Of a stretch of DNA of 64,000 nucleotides, positions 61,819-64,000 are shown one piece after another; position 1 is the first letter of the stretch; each line of letters begins with the position of its first letter. This stretch comes from Mobula hypostoma (taxonomy: Eukaryota), in the NCBI RefSeq assembly GCF_963921235.1, contig NC_086110.1:9238001-9302000 (forward strand). The letters are read 5' to 3'. A program made the translations under genes and the position numbers. The notes beneath the pieces were generated by a model. It had not been told where the DNA came from, did no database searches, and saw only the letters and a program-made list of their open reading frames with translations.

Positions 61819-63072
61819 ATGGAATATTTGGCTTTGCCAAGTTTGCAGATGATATGAAGATTGGTGCAGGAGCAGGTAGTGTTGAGGAAATAGGTAGGAT
61901 GCAGAAGGACTTAGACAGATTAGGAGACTGGGCAAGAGAGTGGCAAATGAAATACAGTGTTGGAAAATGCTTGGTCATGGACTTCGGTAGTAGAAATAAA
62001 TGTGCAGACTATTTTCTAAACCTGGAGAAATCCAAAAATTTGAGATGTCAATGGACTTGTGCAGAACACAAGGTTAACTTGCAGGTTGAGTTGGTGGTGA
62101 GGAAGGCAAATGCAAAGCATTCATTTGAAGAGGTCTAGAATGCAAAAGCAGGAATGTGATGCTGAGGCTTTACAAGGCACTGGTGAGGCCTCACCTTGAG
62201 TATTGTGAACAGTTTTGTGCTCCTCATCTAAGAAAAGATGTGCTGGCAATGGAGTGGGTGCAGAGGAGGTTCACAAGGATGTTTACAGAAATGAAAGGGT
62301 TATCATACGAAGAACATTTGGTAGCTCTGGGACTGTACTCTTTGGAACTTAGAAGGATGAGGAGGGATCTCATTGAAGCTTTTCTAATATTGAAAGGCCT
62401 AGACAGAGTAGATGTGGAAAATTTGTTTCCCATGGTGGGGGAGTCCAAGACAAGAGGGCACGGCCTTAGAATAGAGGGGCGAACATTTAAAACAGAGATG
62501 CGGAGAAATTTTTTAGTCAGAGGGTGGCGAATTTGTGGAATTTGTTACCGCAGGTAGCTTTGGAGGCCAGGTCATTGGATATAATTAAGGCAGAACTTGA
62601 TAGGTTCTTGTTTGAACACGGCATCAAACATTGCGGGGGCGAAGGCCAGGGAGTGGAGGTGAAGAGGGGAAAAAAGGATCAGCCATGATTGAATGGCGGA
62701 GCAGGCTCAATGGGCCAAATGGCTGAATTCTGCTGCTATGTCTTGTGGTCTTTGGAGCTTTCTGCCTTTCCTGCTGACTCTGCAATGTAATAATTTTATT
62801 AATTTCAACTTTCCACAGTTCTAATGATAGATAATCCATCAGAATTGTTTCATATACCACGAATGTTGCCAAATCTGTGTATTTCCAGTATTTTCTGTTT
62901 TTATTTTGCCTTGTAATATATCATTATTTCAGAGTTACATATTGTTCACTTGTAAATTTTTTTTATCCAATCAGTGTTTAAATGTAATTGAACATGTGAT
63001 CTAATGTGTTTAGTTGAGATTAAGCTGTTTATTTTTTTTCTCTCTCTCTTCTCTCCTCCCCCCTCCCCCCAG

Positions 63073-63173
63073 GAAAATACTTTATGAAGACTTTCGTATG
63101 TTGCTGTCAGATATCGTAGGTGTACAACTGGAAAACACAGTTGATATATCCTGCACTAAGTATGAATACACAG
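63073..63173 (+). CDS. OGFOD1: OGFOD1 exon 4 (101 nt); gene continues beyond the window
   Basis: [33 protein letters not shown] vs human [33 protein letters not shown]; long pyrimidine tract, AG 63071-63072, GTATGA; phase 2/1. Confidence 0.95.
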
Positions 63174-63574
63174 GTATGAAGTGATAAATGTAGAATGTGG
63201 GACATATCAGGGACATTGATTGCATGTCATTTTACAAAATATAGAATCTGGTATTGGTGATAATTGGTTACATGCTATTTTCCTTTGTCTGCAGCCAATG
63301 TTGTATTATGTGGTGTATGGTGTCACAGTTGAAATGTTTTCAGCATATACATTTCATTAGCTCTGTGATATATATAGCATGAACATTTTTGTTTTAATTG
63401 CAGATATCCACGTAATGTTTTACACTGGGAGTACTCTGGTGTATCAAAGCAGGGATGCAAAGCAGATGTGATGATACATTATCTTACCTGATACATTACA
63501 GAATGGGGTGGAAATATTTCATATAATTCAGTTCAGACTGCTTCAAGAATGGCGCTTTAAAATTATCAGACGGT

Positions 63575-64000
63575 CAAATATGCAGACATCCCACCTCTCT
63601 CTCCCGGAAGTTCCGGGAGTCTCCCGCATATCGATAGTGGCTCCCTGATGCCCGCAAATTATACACAATATCCCGGAAATAGATTTTTTTTGAGAGAGAG
63701 CGCGTGAGAGAGAAAGAGCGCCATGGCAGAGTGTTCGAAAAAAAGAAAATATAAAACGTACATCACCCCAGACTACACTAAAGTGTACCCCTGCCCAATA
63801 GAGGTCAAAAATAATGACAGTGTTGCTCGCTGCACTGTTTGCAACAGTGACTTTTCTATTGCCCATGGTGGGCTAAGACTGTAAAAGACATTTTGAGTTT
63901 AACAGGTGTCATTCGTTCATTAGCATAGCTAACGTTATTTAAACCAGCTGGCTAGCTGCTAAGGAGCTACTCTATTGTAGACATCCCACCTCTCCCGGAA
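63575..64000 (+). mobile_element. hAT-like non-autonomous DNA transposon with BED-finger-like remnant (truncated by window end)
   Basis: ATG 63723 MAECSKKRKYKTY...VARCTVCNSDFSIAHGG; direct repeat agacatcccacctctc..ccggaa at ~63583 and ~63978. Confidence 0.6.

Larger units (their letters stand above)
53900..62760 (+). mobile_element. CR1-like LINE scaffold interrupted by a CR1 tail (54678-54900), a Penelope element and a Gypsy element
   Basis: ORF1 esterase and EN at 53900-54670; linker/RT 56885-57624; RT resumes at 61819 (AKFADDMKIG) to tail ~62760. Confidence 0.85.

Overview
Eukaryotic genomic DNA from a cartilaginous fish, probably a ray/skate (inferred from HE1-like SINEs, CR1/L2/RTE/L1/Penelope/Gypsy repeat content and OGFOD1 divergence). 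More than 60% is transposon-derived and often nested. Right side (+ strand): promoter and coding exons 1-4 of OGFOD1 (46383-63173), with human-like exon sizes and phases. Left side (- strand, ~2.6-36.8 kb): a cluster of non-rearranging, antigen-receptor-like Ig-superfamily genes. It includes an intact leader plus a germline-joined VJ exon (2605-3153; the gene runs off the left edge), a paralogous pseudogene (frameshifted VJ, C1-set exon split by a CR1 insertion, uncharged TM exon with stops), an orphan 3' half (Arg-containing TM, 13-nt micro-exon, tyrosine-motif tail exons) and several more decayed exon sets. Other notable elements: hammerhead-ribozyme motifs in Penelope-derived inserts with target-site duplications (TSDs), a Gmr1-type Gypsy element (integrase before RT), two solo LTRs with TSDs, and a full Gypsy element nested in a CR1 inside OGFOD1 intron 3. 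All translations, alignments and coordinates were done by eye; repeat boundaries are approximate.
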